Numbered from the stretch's first letter, positions 1 to 8,875 are shown. The stretch is 64,000 nt of DNA from Patescibacteria group bacterium (GCA_028692545.1 JAQUXC010000001.1:1365-65364), one strand, 5' to 3'. Translations and numbers: made by a program. The notes: a model not told the origin generated them from the letters alone.

Positions 1-174
1 ATTACTAATAAGGACTTAAAAGAAATTTTAATAAAAGAAGGGTATATATCATCTGGTAATGAATCAATTGCAATGTATTTTTTGAAATTTCTTAAACCAA
101 AATTTCCTGTAAAATTTATAAAAATTTGGGAAACAGAAAATAGATATGCTGTTGTATATTCAGAAGAAGTTTAA
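1..174 (+). CDS. Partial CDS (C-terminus), probably 6-carboxytetrahydropterin synthase (QueD/PTPS family)
   Basis: Frame-1 open reading ITNKDLKE...SGNESIAMYF...VKFIKIWETENRYAVVYSEEV* resembles the QueD C-terminal 'ENIA...V.VWET...A.Y' pattern. Truncated by the window edge. Confidence 0.5.
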   Translation: MTNKDLKEILIKEGYISSGNESIAMYFLKFLKPKFPVKFIKIWETENRYAVVYSEEV

Positions 175-176
175 AA

Positions 177-224
177 TGTTCCACCTGTCTGCGCGTAGCC
201 GCTTCAGCGAAGGCAGGTGGAACA
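177..224. repeat. parS site split by a 32-bp REP-like insertion
   Basis: TGTTCCAC (177-184) + CTGTCTGCGCGTAGCCGCTTCAGCGAAGGCAG (185-216) + GTGGAACA (217-224). Confidence 0.8.
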
Positions 225-343
225 TTTTATATATATTTTGGCTCATTTGAGCCATTTTTTTGTACATTTAATAAAATAATAGTTACAATATTGGCTATTT
301 TATGTATTTTTTGATATTTTAAGAATATTTATATGAGTCAAAT

Positions 344-359
344 TGTTCCACGTGGAACA
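344..359. promoter_or_regulatory. parS: parS centromere-like site (ParB binding)
   Basis: Perfect palindrome TGTTCCACGTGGAACA matching the bacterial parS consensus TGTTNCACGTGNAACA. Confidence 0.9.
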
Positions 360-463
360 ATCTATGTAATTTTTTAGTAAATTAAATAAAAGATAGTTCT
401 ATGTCATTTTATATTATAAATTTTTATTAATTATATATTTATAGTCTTTTATAGTATTTAAAA

Positions 464-479
464 TGTTCCACGTGGAACA
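464..479. promoter_or_regulatory. parS: parS site
   Basis: TGTTCCACGTGGAACA. Confidence 0.9.
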
Positions 480-588
480 ATTTAGCTAAACTTGGCTTAT
501 TTTATGTCTTTTTTATATTTAACAAAAAAATAGTTTTAAGTTTTTTATTTATTATTTAGTATTTTGAGGTTATTTATATAAATCAAAT

Positions 589-604
589 TGTTCCACGTGG
601 AACA
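589..604. promoter_or_regulatory. parS: parS site
   Basis: TGTTCCACGTGGAACA. Confidence 0.9.
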
Positions 605-644
605 ATTTAGTATATTATTTGTTTATTAGAGTTATTTTTTTTAG

Positions 645-943
645 AAATAAAAAACTCCCCTAAGATCAAAACATTATGTATTTTATACCTGGGGAGTTTC
701 ACTCCCCATTTTTAGGCCTATTACCAAGGGTATTTTATCTATATTAAATAAGATACTTTTAGTAATTTCCATTTTCATTCTTGCTCTGAGGAGCATTGTA
801 TTTTTATATTTTTCTAAACAATCCTTATTATTTTTATACTTTTTTATTAGATCTCATGCTTTTTGCACAGGATTCTAAATTTATAAAATTTTATTTTTAT
901 TTTTGTAATAAAGGCTGTCTAGAATTGTTAATGTTCTACTATA
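645..943 (-). ncRNA. Putative ~300-nt structured A-rich ncRNA (unknown family)
   Basis: Follows a TTGACT-N17-TATACT promoter and a boxA-like GAACATTAACAA. No ORF. Several hairpins, ending in GGGGAGTTTTTT. Confidence 0.4.
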
Positions 944-1002
944 ATATAAGTATATCATAAGTTTTCAAAAAAGTCAATCTCATATTTTGGCTTATTCAAG
1001 CC
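925..1002 (-). promoter_or_regulatory. Promoter module: GGCTT-N4-AAGCC palindrome, -35 TTGACT, extended -10 TGnTATACT, boxA-like site
   Basis: Palindrome 989-1002, -35 at 972-977, -10 at 949-954, boxA-like 925-936. Near-identical copy at 57662-57739. Confidence 0.7.
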
Positions 1003-1067
1003 AAAAATATAAATTTTGTTTTATTATTGCTTTATATTAAATAATATATTTATACATTTTTGTAAAG

Positions 1068-1150
1068 TTATGCACATATAAATACACTTATCAACAGACT
1101 TATCCACAGATTTAACATTCTTATACCCAAGAATTAACATGTTATCCACA
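1068..1150 (+). promoter_or_regulatory. DnaA-box cluster (oriC or DnaA-titration candidate)
   Basis: Co-oriented TTATGCACA 1068, TTATCAACA 1088, TTATCCACA 1100, TTATACCCA 1121, TTATCCACA 1142, followed by an AT-rich tract and close to the parS sites. Confidence 0.55.
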
Positions 1151-1369
1151 GATTTTTAATATGATTAATTGATATTTTTTGTTGTGATCTTGTATTTTTA
1201 ATGAAATTTATGAATTTATATTAAAATTTAGTAAAAATGTATCAATTTGTATAATTTTTATATATTTGTAAAAATAGTTAAAATAAGCCAGTTGTGTTAT
1301 AATTATGAGTATATATTCATAATTGACCTTATTTCATTATCTTCAGAATGATGATAAAATTTATCTATT

Positions 1370-1927
1370 ATGGATATTGTAAAAAAAGTAAAACAATTTG
1401 TTGAAAGTGAATGCAAAAAACCCACAAGCAAGTATGGATATGAGCCTTTTGTTTATCATTTTTTACCAATGCTCAAATATGCAAAGGATCTAAGTGAAAA
1501 ATATAAAGCTGATCGAGAAATTGTCTTGCTTTCTGTATGGCTTCATGATATTGGCTCTATTATATGTGGAAGGGAAAATCATCATATTACTGGATCGCGT
1601 ATTGCAGAGGAGAAATTAAAAGAATTAGATTATTCAAAAGAAAGAATAAAATTAATTAAAAATTGTATTTTGCATCATCGTGGATCAAGAAATGAGAAAA
1701 TGAAAACAATTGAAGAAAAAATTGTAGCTGAGGCTGATGCAATGAGTGCGTTTGATAACATTTCAGGAATTTTCAAGGCTGCATTTGTTTATGAGAAACT
1801 TGATCAAGGTGAGGCAAAAAGGAAAGTAAGAAAAAAATTTGAAAACAAGTGGAAACAATTATCTCCAATTGCAAAAAAGATTATAAAGAAAAAATATGAT
1901 GCAATTATGTATATATTAAAAGATTAA
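1370..1927 (+). CDS. HD-domain phosphohydrolase
   Basis: H...WLHDIG...HH...HR...DA HD-family motifs. Confidence 0.85.
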   Translation: MDIVKKVKQFVESECKKPTSKYGYEPFVYHFLPMLKYAKDLSEKYKADREIVLLSVWLHDIGSIICGRENHHITGSRIAEEKLKELDYSKERIKLIKNCILHHRGSRNEKMKTIEEKIVAEADAMSAFDNISGIFKAAFVYEKLDQGEAKRKVRKKFENKWKQLSPIAKKIIKKKYDAIMYILKD

Positions 1928-1939
1928 TTATAAATATAA

Positions 1940-2374
1940 ATGAAGAGACTTAAATGTAATATTGGTGAATATGGAATTGTTTTAAATAGTAAAAAAGAAT
2001 TTTTGATTTTGAAACTTCCTATAAACAAAGAATTTAAAAAAGAAATGTGGATGTTGCCAGGTGGGAGACTTAATTACAATGATCAAGCGGAAAGCGGTTT
2101 AATGCGAGAAGTATTTGAGGAAACTGGACTCAAAATAAAAATTGTCAAACCAATACATGTTGCTAGATGGGGTATTGAAAAACCAATAAAATATTCTGTG
2201 TTTTTTTTATGCAAGTTAACAGGTAATAAAGTTATAAAACTCAGTAAAGAACATACTGAATATAAATGGGTTGATTTTTCTTTTATAAATAAGATTTCGT
2301 GGAATAATATAAATACTAAAATTGCAGTAAAAAAAGCAAAACTAGAATATTTAAATATATTAAAAGAAAATTAA
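1940..2374 (+). CDS. NUDIX hydrolase
   Basis: Nudix box PGGRL...LMREVFEETGL; SKEHTEYKWV. Confidence 0.9.
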   Translation: MKRLKCNIGEYGIVLNSKKEFLILKLPINKEFKKEMWMLPGGRLNYNDQAESGLMREVFEETGLKIKIVKPIHVARWGIEKPIKYSVFFLCKLTGNKVIKLSKEHTEYKWVDFSFINKISWNNINTKIAVKKAKLEYLNILKEN

Positions 2375-2379
2375 TAATT

Positions 2380-2742
2380 ATGAAATTATCAACAAAACAA
2401 ATAAATTTTATAAACAAAAATTATACAGCAGTTTTTACAACATGTGACTCAAGAAATAAACCAAATTCTATTTTTGTAGAAATTTGTAAAATTGAAGATG
2501 AAGACAAAATTATTATCACAGATAATGAAATGAAGATTACCAGAAAAAATTTGCAAGAAAATTGTAATGTTTGTCTTTTGTTTAATGACAATAAATATAA
2601 TGTGATAAAAATTTTTGGAAAAGCCAAATATTTTAAGTCGGGCAAATATTTTGAATACGTAAAAAAATTAAAAGATAATATTGGACATAATCCCAAAGCA
2701 GCGGTTGTAGTAAAAGTTTTAAAAATAATTGAAATTTCTTAA
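2380..2742 (+). CDS. Pyridoxamine 5'-phosphate oxidase-like FMN-binding protein
   Basis: TCD..NKPN...M..T..NL.EN..V...G.A.Y...G..FE pattern. Confidence 0.75.
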   Translation: MKLSTKQINFINKNYTAVFTTCDSRNKPNSIFVEICKIEDEDKIIITDNEMKITRKNLQENCNVCLLFNDNKYNVIKIFGKAKYFKSGKYFEYVKKLKDNIGHNPKAAVVVKVLKIIEIS

Positions 2743-2794
2743 ACAAAAAGAAAAGGGAACCGAAGTTCCCTTAATGTGCGATTGATGAGATACG

Positions 2795-3103
2795 TTATTG
2801 ACAGGAGCAGGTGTGTTTTTTCTTCAACATGCTGAGCGTAAGCTTTCCATCTCCGCGTTTGATTTTTCCGATTTTTTTTGGTTTGTATCCGTCTGGAACA
2901 TCAAACATTGTACCATCTTCAATCGGAGTTTGAAGGATGAAACTTATTTTTTCAGTCCCAACGGATTCTGCGGGGCAGTCGTAAAGCACTTCACCATTGT
3001 GTTCAGCGCTTTGAACTATACTACCTATTGGTAGTTCAATTTGGAAAACTTCATTAGCTGGTGTGTTTTCCGGAATTTGGACTATTCCTTTCTTATACAG
3101 CAT
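2795..3103 (-). CDS. Hypothetical protein (strong-SD orphan class)
   Basis: AGGAGG SD, TTGACA-N17-TAATAT promoter upstream, hairpin terminator at about 2751-2772. Confidence 0.65.
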   Translation of the reverse strand: MLYKKGIVQIPENTPANEVFQIELPIGSIVQSAEHNGEVLYDCPAESVGTEKISFILQTPIEDGTMFDVPDGYKPKKIGKIKRGDGKLTLSMLKKKHTCSCQ

Positions 3104-3248
3104 TTTTACCTCCTGCTGTTTTTTATTTCGCCTATATATTACTATGCCAATCTTATATTGTCAATTGTATAATCTAGTATTTGATGTTTGATTTTAATAT
3201 TTATATAAATAATGATAAAATGTATTTATATTATTAATAATTAATTAA

Positions 3249-4298
3249 ATGGAAATAAATAAGCTTTTAAAGATTGCTGTTGAAAAAAAGGCATCTGATT
3301 TACATCTTGTAGTAGGTCATGTTCCAGTTTTGAGAATTGATACGGAAATTAAGCCAATGAAAGATGAATCGGAAATAAGTAATGTTGAGTTAAAGAAAAT
3401 GGTGGAAGGTATATTGACCGTAAGTCAGAAAAAGAAATTTTATGAAGATAGGGAATTAGATCTTTCTTATGAAATAAATAATGTCGGTAGATTTAGAATT
3501 AATCTGTGTTGGGAAAAAGATAATGTAAGTCTTGTTTCTAGAATTATAAACAACAAGATTCCAAACATGAATGATTTGGGATTAAATGATGTTGTTGCTG
3601 AAATGTTGCTACAAAACCAAGGACTTATTCTTGTCACAGGGCCAACTGGTAGTGGAAAATCTACAACTCTTGCTTCAATGGTAAATTATATAAATGAAAA
3701 TAGAAAAGTTTCTATTATAACCCTAGAAGATCCTATTGAGTATTTGTTCCCAAAAGCAAGTAGTATTATTACTCAGCGTGAACTTGGTTCTGATATGAAA
3801 ACATTTGCCGCAGGATTGAAACATGTACTTCGTCAAGATCCTGATATTGTAATGGTTGGTGAGATGAGAGATTTGGAGACTATTGCCCTTACTTTAACAC
3901 TCGCAGAAACTGGACATTTAGTACTTGCAACACTTCATACTCCAAACGCATCTCAGGTTATAGATAGAATAGTAGATGTTTTTCCTGCTTATCAACAAAC
4001 TCAAATAAGAATGCAGTTTTCTATGGTATTAAATTCTATAATAGCTCAGCGTATATTACCTAAAAAAGGAGGGGGACTTATTGTTGCAAGAGAAATATTG
4101 ATAAATACCCCTGCTATTTCAAATATTATTCGTGAGAACAAAATACCTCAAATTAAAACTGTCATACAAACTAGTGCTGACAAAGGCATGTCTACAATGG
4201 TTCAGGCAGTAAAAAGATTATATGAAGATGATTTAATAGAAGAAAGTTTAGCAGCATCACTTCTTGCAGAAGAAGATATGAGGCAAAGCACCTCCTAA
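3249..4298 (+). CDS. pilT: Type IV pilus retraction ATPase PilT
   Basis: ASDLHL, Walker A GPTGSGKSTT, EDPIEY, LRQDPD..MVGEMRD, AETGHLVLATLHT. Confidence 0.93.
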   Translation: MEINKLLKIAVEKKASDLHLVVGHVPVLRIDTEIKPMKDESEISNVELKKMVEGILTVSQKKKFYEDRELDLSYEINNVGRFRINLCWEKDNVSLVSRIINNKIPNMNDLGLNDVVAEMLLQNQGLILVTGPTGSGKSTTLASMVNYINENRKVSIITLEDPIEYLFPKASSIITQRELGSDMKTFAAGLKHVLRQDPDIVMVGEMRDLETIALTLTLAETGHLVLATLHTPNASQVIDRIVDVFPAYQQTQIRMQFSMVLNSIIAQRILPKKGGGLIVAREILINTPAISNIIRENKIPQIKTVIQTSADKGMSTMVQAVKRLYEDDLIEESLAASLLAEEDMRQSTS

Positions 4299-4317
4299 AA
4301 AAATAAATAATCAAAAT

Positions 4318-5091
4318 ATGGAAATAAATAATAAAGAACTTAGTATAATTATTTTAGCTGCAGGCAAAGGGGTTAGAATGAATCAGGATATTCCAAAAGT
4401 ATTGACTATGCTTGATAATGGTAATTGTTTAATAGAAAATCTTTTGGAAAATATAAAAGAGACAAATTATATCAATAATGTTTCTGTTGTTGTTGGATTT
4501 AAAGGAGATGATGTGATAGATAAATTAGGAAATAAATATAAATATATTTGGCAGAGAGAAACCTTGGGAACAGGGCATGCTGTAGCTCAGTGCAAAAATG
4601 AATTAAAAGGTCATTTCGATAATCATCTCATACTTTATGGTGATACTCCTTTTATATCTCCTGCGACAATAGAAAATATTATAAATATGCACATGGAAAA
4701 CAATTCTATTTTTTCTATATTAACCTTGCAATTGAATAATTTTGAAGATATTAATTCATGTTATATGAATTTTGGTAGAATAGTAAGAGATGCTAATGGT
4801 GAAATTACAAAAATAGTTGAATTCAAGGATGCTACTGATGAGGAAAAAAATATTACGGAAGTTAATCCAGCTATATTTTGTATAAAAGATGAGTGGTTAT
4901 GGAAAAATTTAGATAATATAAATTCTAATAATAATCAAAAAGAGTATTATCTTACAGATTTGATAGCTATGGCACATGATCAGGGTATAAAAATAAAATC
5001 TTTTATATCAAAAAATAATTTTGAATTTATAGGTGTAAATACTATTGAACAGTTGAATTTTGCTAAAAAAGTTGGCTTGAATGTTATTTAA
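4318..5091 (+). CDS. Sugar-nucleotidyltransferase, GlmU N-terminal (uridyltransferase) domain only
   Basis: ILAAGKGVRM, LGTGHAV, YGDTP, GRIVRD, IVEFKDA, EYYLTD, GVNT; no left-handed beta-helix acetyltransferase domain. Confidence 0.85.
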   Translation: MEINNKELSIIILAAGKGVRMNQDIPKVLTMLDNGNCLIENLLENIKETNYINNVSVVVGFKGDDVIDKLGNKYKYIWQRETLGTGHAVAQCKNELKGHFDNHLILYGDTPFISPATIENIINMHMENNSIFSILTLQLNNFEDINSCYMNFGRIVRDANGEITKIVEFKDATDEEKNITEVNPAIFCIKDEWLWKNLDNINSNNNQKEYYLTDLIAMAHDQGIKIKSFISKNNFEFIGVNTIEQLNFAKKVGLNVI

Positions 5092-5211
5092 TATATATAA
5101 TATATATTTTATAGATACATTCTTTGTTTTAATAAAGAATTTAGGTAAACTATTGACACAAGGCACAAGTTTCGGTAGTATTACACTACTTAATTAAATT
5201 TATTTTTTATT

Positions 5212-5598
5212 ATGACTAAAGAAATTAAAAATCAAGGAACCAAAAAACAAGGCAAGTCTGATAAAGGAAATATAATCTTAAAAGATGTAAAATTTGAGAT
5301 AGAATCAGGCATGGTTGTTAGAGTTCATGAAAAAATTAGAGAAAAAAATGCAAAAGGTGAGGAAAAAGAAAGAATTCAGATTTTTGAAGGTATTGTAATA
5401 GCTCATAAACATGGTAAAGAAATAGGGTCTACTGTTACAGTTAGAAAGGATTCAAATGGTATAGGTGTTGAAAAAGTGTTTCCATTAAATTCACCTTTAA
5501 TTGACAAAATAGAGTTAAAAAGTAGAATAAAGTCTAGTAAATCAAAGCTATATTATCTTAGAGATTATAAAAAGAGATTAAAAAAAGTTAGTATATAA
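5212..5598 (+). CDS. rplS: 50S ribosomal protein L19
   Basis: KERIQIFEGIVI, TVRKDSNGIGVEKVFPLNSP, KLYYLR. Confidence 0.95.
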   Translation: MTKEIKNQGTKKQGKSDKGNIILKDVKFEIESGMVVRVHEKIREKNAKGEEKERIQIFEGIVIAHKHGKEIGSTVTVRKDSNGIGVEKVFPLNSPLIDKIELKSRIKSSKSKLYYLRDYKKRLKKVSI

Positions 5599-5632
5599 TT
5601 TATATTAAAACTTCACGATAAGAAGCTTGTTT

Positions 5633-5720
5633 GCACGGATGGTGAAATTGGTAGACACGCAAGCTTGAGGGGCTTGTGAGAGTTTTTCTCGTGGAGGTTC
5701 AAGTCCTCTTCCGTGCACCA
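5633..5720 (+). tRNA. tRNA-Leu(GAG)
   Basis: Cloverleaf with long variable arm, anticodon arm CAAGC-TTGAGGG-GCTTG, CCA end. Confidence 0.95.
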
Positions 5721-5775
5721 TATGTAATTTGATAAATAATTCAAAATTCATCATTGGTTATTCATAATTAATTTA

Positions 5776-5852
5776 GGGTCCTTGGCTCAGTTGGTTAGAG
5801 CGTCTCGTTTACACCGAGAAGGCCATAGGTTCGAATCCTATAGGACCCACCA
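5776..5852 (+). tRNA. tRNA-Val(TAC)
   Basis: Anticodon arm TCTCG-TTTACAC-CGAGA, GGTTCGAATCC, CCA end. Confidence 0.95.
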
Positions 5853-5906
5853 TACACGCCTTGTGTGCAATTATTAATGATGAATTTTGAATTTTCAAAA
5901 TAAATT

Positions 5907-6158
5907 ATGATTTTCTATGTATACATAGCTCGCTGTAATGATGAAACATTATATACTGGATATTGCAAGGATTTAGATGCTCGAGAAAAAAAACATAACA
6001 TCGGTGAGGGAGCTAAATATACAAAATATAGGACGCCAATCAAAATTATTTATCACGAAAAATTTGATAGTAGAGTAGGCGCAATGAAAAGAGAAAGACA
6101 AATCAAAAAATTGCCTAAAGTTGAAAAAGAAGATTTGATAAATCGTAAATTAAAATAA
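5907..6158 (+). CDS. Small GIY-YIG nuclease (UPF0213/YhbQ-like)
   Basis: YVYI...LYTGY..DL..R...HN.G.GAKYT...P......E......AMKRE..IK. Confidence 0.9.
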   Translation: MIFYVYIARCNDETLYTGYCKDLDAREKKHNIGEGAKYTKYRTPIKIIYHEKFDSRVGAMKRERQIKKLPKVEKEDLINRKLK

Positions 6159-6167
6159 AAATGTCAT

Positions 6168-6244
6168 GGGCTTGTGGCTCAGTTGGTTAGAGCATCTGCT
6201 TTGCAAGCAGAGGGTCGTGGGTTCGAATCCCACCAAGTCCACCA
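6168..6244 (+). tRNA. tRNA-Ala(TGC)
   Basis: Anticodon arm TCTGC-TTTGCAA-GCAGA, CCA end. Confidence 0.95.
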
Positions 6245-6555
6245 TCAAAAATACACTGTTAAAATCAGTGTTTTTTTATTACAAAAATATATAAAGTATT
6301 TATTTTTATTTTTTAGGGTTATCGGTTTATACACACTTAATAGATATATGTAAGTTCTTATGAAAATTTAAATTATATTATGTATTATGAAATAATAAGT
6401 TATTTTAAAAAAAATAAAATATATACTAATAAAATAAATTTTAATGCTTAAAATATTTTTTGATGATGATTAGTATTACTTGACTTAATTTATAAAATAT
6501 GGTTATATTTACTATTGTTCTTTTTTATTTACAAAACAATCCAAGGAGGATTAAA

Positions 6556-8835
6556 ATGAAAACACTCTATATCTTAATCATCGCTCTGTTGATAAGTATA
6601 GCAATAAGTGCCGAAACAACTTATTTTAATAATTGCTCTTTTAGGGCAATTGATACGGTTGACGGTGAATTTTTTTGGGGTTTATCAATGAATGAATTGA
6701 AGGCTCAAAAATTTGTATTGCAAGATGGAAATATTAGTATTGTACAAGAGGTTAATTTACCAGACACTCTTAGCATAGATCAATTCCCAGAAATTATTGC
6801 AATTTCTGATGAATTTTATGGGGGTGGGTTTGTATTAAGGGCTGATTGTACAGTAGTTTTTTGGTTGTCACAACTTCCAGATAATCATTTTAGACTACAT
6901 TACAAAAGTGGACTAAAATCTATAAAAAAATATACCAACAATCAAATCGCCCTCTTTTACACTAGGGAAGATACGGGAGGCGGTAGTTCCATTATCCTAG
7001 AAATTGAAAATGGAGATGAAATTGAGGGTATGTACAGTGGTGACGGTACAGGTATTTGTTTTGGTGGAAATCAAAATATGACTGTAATAGGGGGTACTAG
7101 GCTTGGAGGTTATAATGGTTATGGTGATAATTTACCATGGGCATTTTTAACTGTACATCGAACTAGTGCATATAATTATTCCTACTTTTTTGACAATTAT
7201 TATGATATTACCACAGCAGTATTCGTTGATGGTGATAATATCTTTGCTATTATAGAAACCAATCCAGATGAATCCGGTTTTATAACCAGAAGTTTGGTCA
7301 AAAAGCCTTATTCTGGACAACCAATTAATATTTGTACTGATATAGTGCAATATAGTAATCACCCTTACCTATTTGAAAAAATTGGAGATTGGATATACCT
7401 CGGACAACTTAATGATTTGAAGAGGTATAATATCAATAGTGAGATTATGCAATCCGTAAATATCTTGTTTGATGACAATTTTATCAGATCCTCTACAAGA
7501 TTTCAGGATAAGATATTAATAGCATTAGACAATGGATTGGTTTTGTATCAACCATCAAACTCAATGCATCTAATAAACTTTTATCCACATAGAAATCCTA
7601 TAGAAGTGGATAATTGCACAGCAGATACACTTTATGTGTATCCAGGTCAAATATTTCAATACAATGGATCTATGAATCCAATAGAAGAAAATTTTTGGCC
7701 TGGGAGTGTAATTGGATTAGATTCAATAACGACTCTTGATGTCGGATTGGAGATAATAAATTTTCATTGGGATTGCTCATTGTTGGATAATGAAGGATTG
7801 TTATATATTGATAATCTTCAGATGGGTTGGGTTAGTAATGGTTATTTTGGTATTGATGATTGTGGTTTGCTTGTAATGAATTTACAAAATCACATACCTG
7901 AGGGTGAATGTGGGCATATTATTACCAGTGTAAATATTACAAATAATACTCCACTTGGAATAATTGAAGAATCTTGCATAGATAATAAAACAATTATTTC
8001 CAACAATGGAGTTATTGGTGATATCGATGGATCTGGAGGAGTAGATCAAAATGATGCAATAATTGGTTTGGGACAGTGGATTAATCAGAATATTTTGCAG
8101 ACCGGTTATAATCCAAACGGTCAGATTAATATAATGAGGCAATCAGTCCTTGCTCCACATCCCAGTACAGCAAATATATGGGCAATAAATGGATATTTAC
8201 ATAATCCAGAGGATTCATTTTTTGCTAATTTGGGAATAGGGAGCCTTTATGAAGTTGAAAATTGGGTTCCACCCAATTATATAAATAACCAAGGTCTCAT
8301 AATTATAGATACTAATGATAATTTTGTCAGTATATTTTGGCAGAACTTTGATAATAGTTTTGGTGGCCAAGATATTTTGATTACAAATAACAAGGTTATG
8401 CGATGGGAATCAGAAAAAGGATTAGAGCCAATTATTTTCGAAAGAAATAAAAATCAACTAATCCAATTTCAAATTCCTATAAATGCTAAGTTATTATCAT
8501 TATCAACAAAACAAATCAATTATAGTTCATCTGGAAGTAACGATGATCTTATTGATTTAGATAAGGTACTGAACAATGTCTACCCCAACCCCTTCAATTC
8601 TCAGACTTCAATTAGTTTTAATTTGTCAAAAACAGGCAATGTACAAATTGAGGTTTATAATATTAGAGGGCAATTGGTGAAGACACTATTTGCTGGCCAA
8701 AAATATGCTGGTAACCACCAGATTATTTGGAATGGTACTGATAATAAGGGTAATTTAGTTACAGGTGGAATTTATTTCTACAAACTTAAATTAGATTCTT
8801 ATGTCAATACTAAGAAAATAGTGTTGATAAAATAA
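6556..8835 (+). CDS. Secreted protein with C-terminal FlgD-Ig / T9SS type-A sorting-like domain
   Basis: AAGGAGG SD before ATG 6556; signal peptide MKTLYILIIALLISIAISA; C-terminus YPNPFNSQTSISFNL...IEVYNIRGQLVKTL...WNGTD..G..V.GGIYFYKL......KKIVLIK; dockerin-like GDIDGSGGVDQND. Confidence 0.8.
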   Translation: MKTLYILIIALLISIAISAETTYFNNCSFRAIDTVDGEFFWGLSMNELKAQKFVLQDGNISIVQEVNLPDTLSIDQFPEIIAISDEFYGGGFVLRADCTVVFWLSQLPDNHFRLHYKSGLKSIKKYTNNQIALFYTREDTGGGSSIILEIENGDEIEGMYSGDGTGICFGGNQNMTVIGGTRLGGYNGYGDNLPWAFLTVHRTSAYNYSYFFDNYYDITTAVFVDGDNIFAIIETNPDESGFITRSLVKKPYSGQPINICTDIVQYSNHPYLFEKIGDWIYLGQLNDLKRYNINSEIMQSVNILFDDNFIRSSTRFQDKILIALDNGLVLYQPSNSMHLINFYPHRNPIEVDNCTADTLYVYPGQIFQYNGSMNPIEENFWPGSVIGLDSITTLDVGLEIINFHWDCSLLDNEGLLYIDNLQMGWVSNGYFGIDDCGLLVMNLQNHIPEGECGHIITSVNITNNTPLGIIEESCIDNKTIISNNGVIGDIDGSGGVDQNDAIIGLGQWINQNILQTGYNPNGQINIMRQSVLAPHPSTANIWAINGYLHNPEDSFFANLGIGSLYEVENWVPPNYINNQGLIIIDTNDNFVSIFWQNFDNSFGGQDILITNNKVMRWESEKGLEPIIFERNKNQLIQFQIPINAKLLSLSTKQINYSSSGSNDDLIDLDKVLNNVYPNPFNSQTSISFNLSKTGNVQIEVYNIRGQLVKTLFAGQKYAGNHQIIWNGTDNKGNLVTGGIYFYKLKLDSYVNTKKIVLIK

Positions 8836-8842
8836 ATATATT

Positions 8843-8875
8843 ACCTCACCTTGCATAATGCGGGGTGGGGTTTTT
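8843..8875 (+). terminator. Intrinsic terminator
   Basis: ACCTCACCTTGCAT/ATGCGGGGTGGGGT stem followed by a T-tract. Confidence 0.7.

Noticed and set aside
344-604. Three identical 16-mers at ~120-bp spacing as a CRISPR array
   Set aside because: The repeat is the parS consensus, too short with spacers too long for CRISPR, and there are no cas genes.
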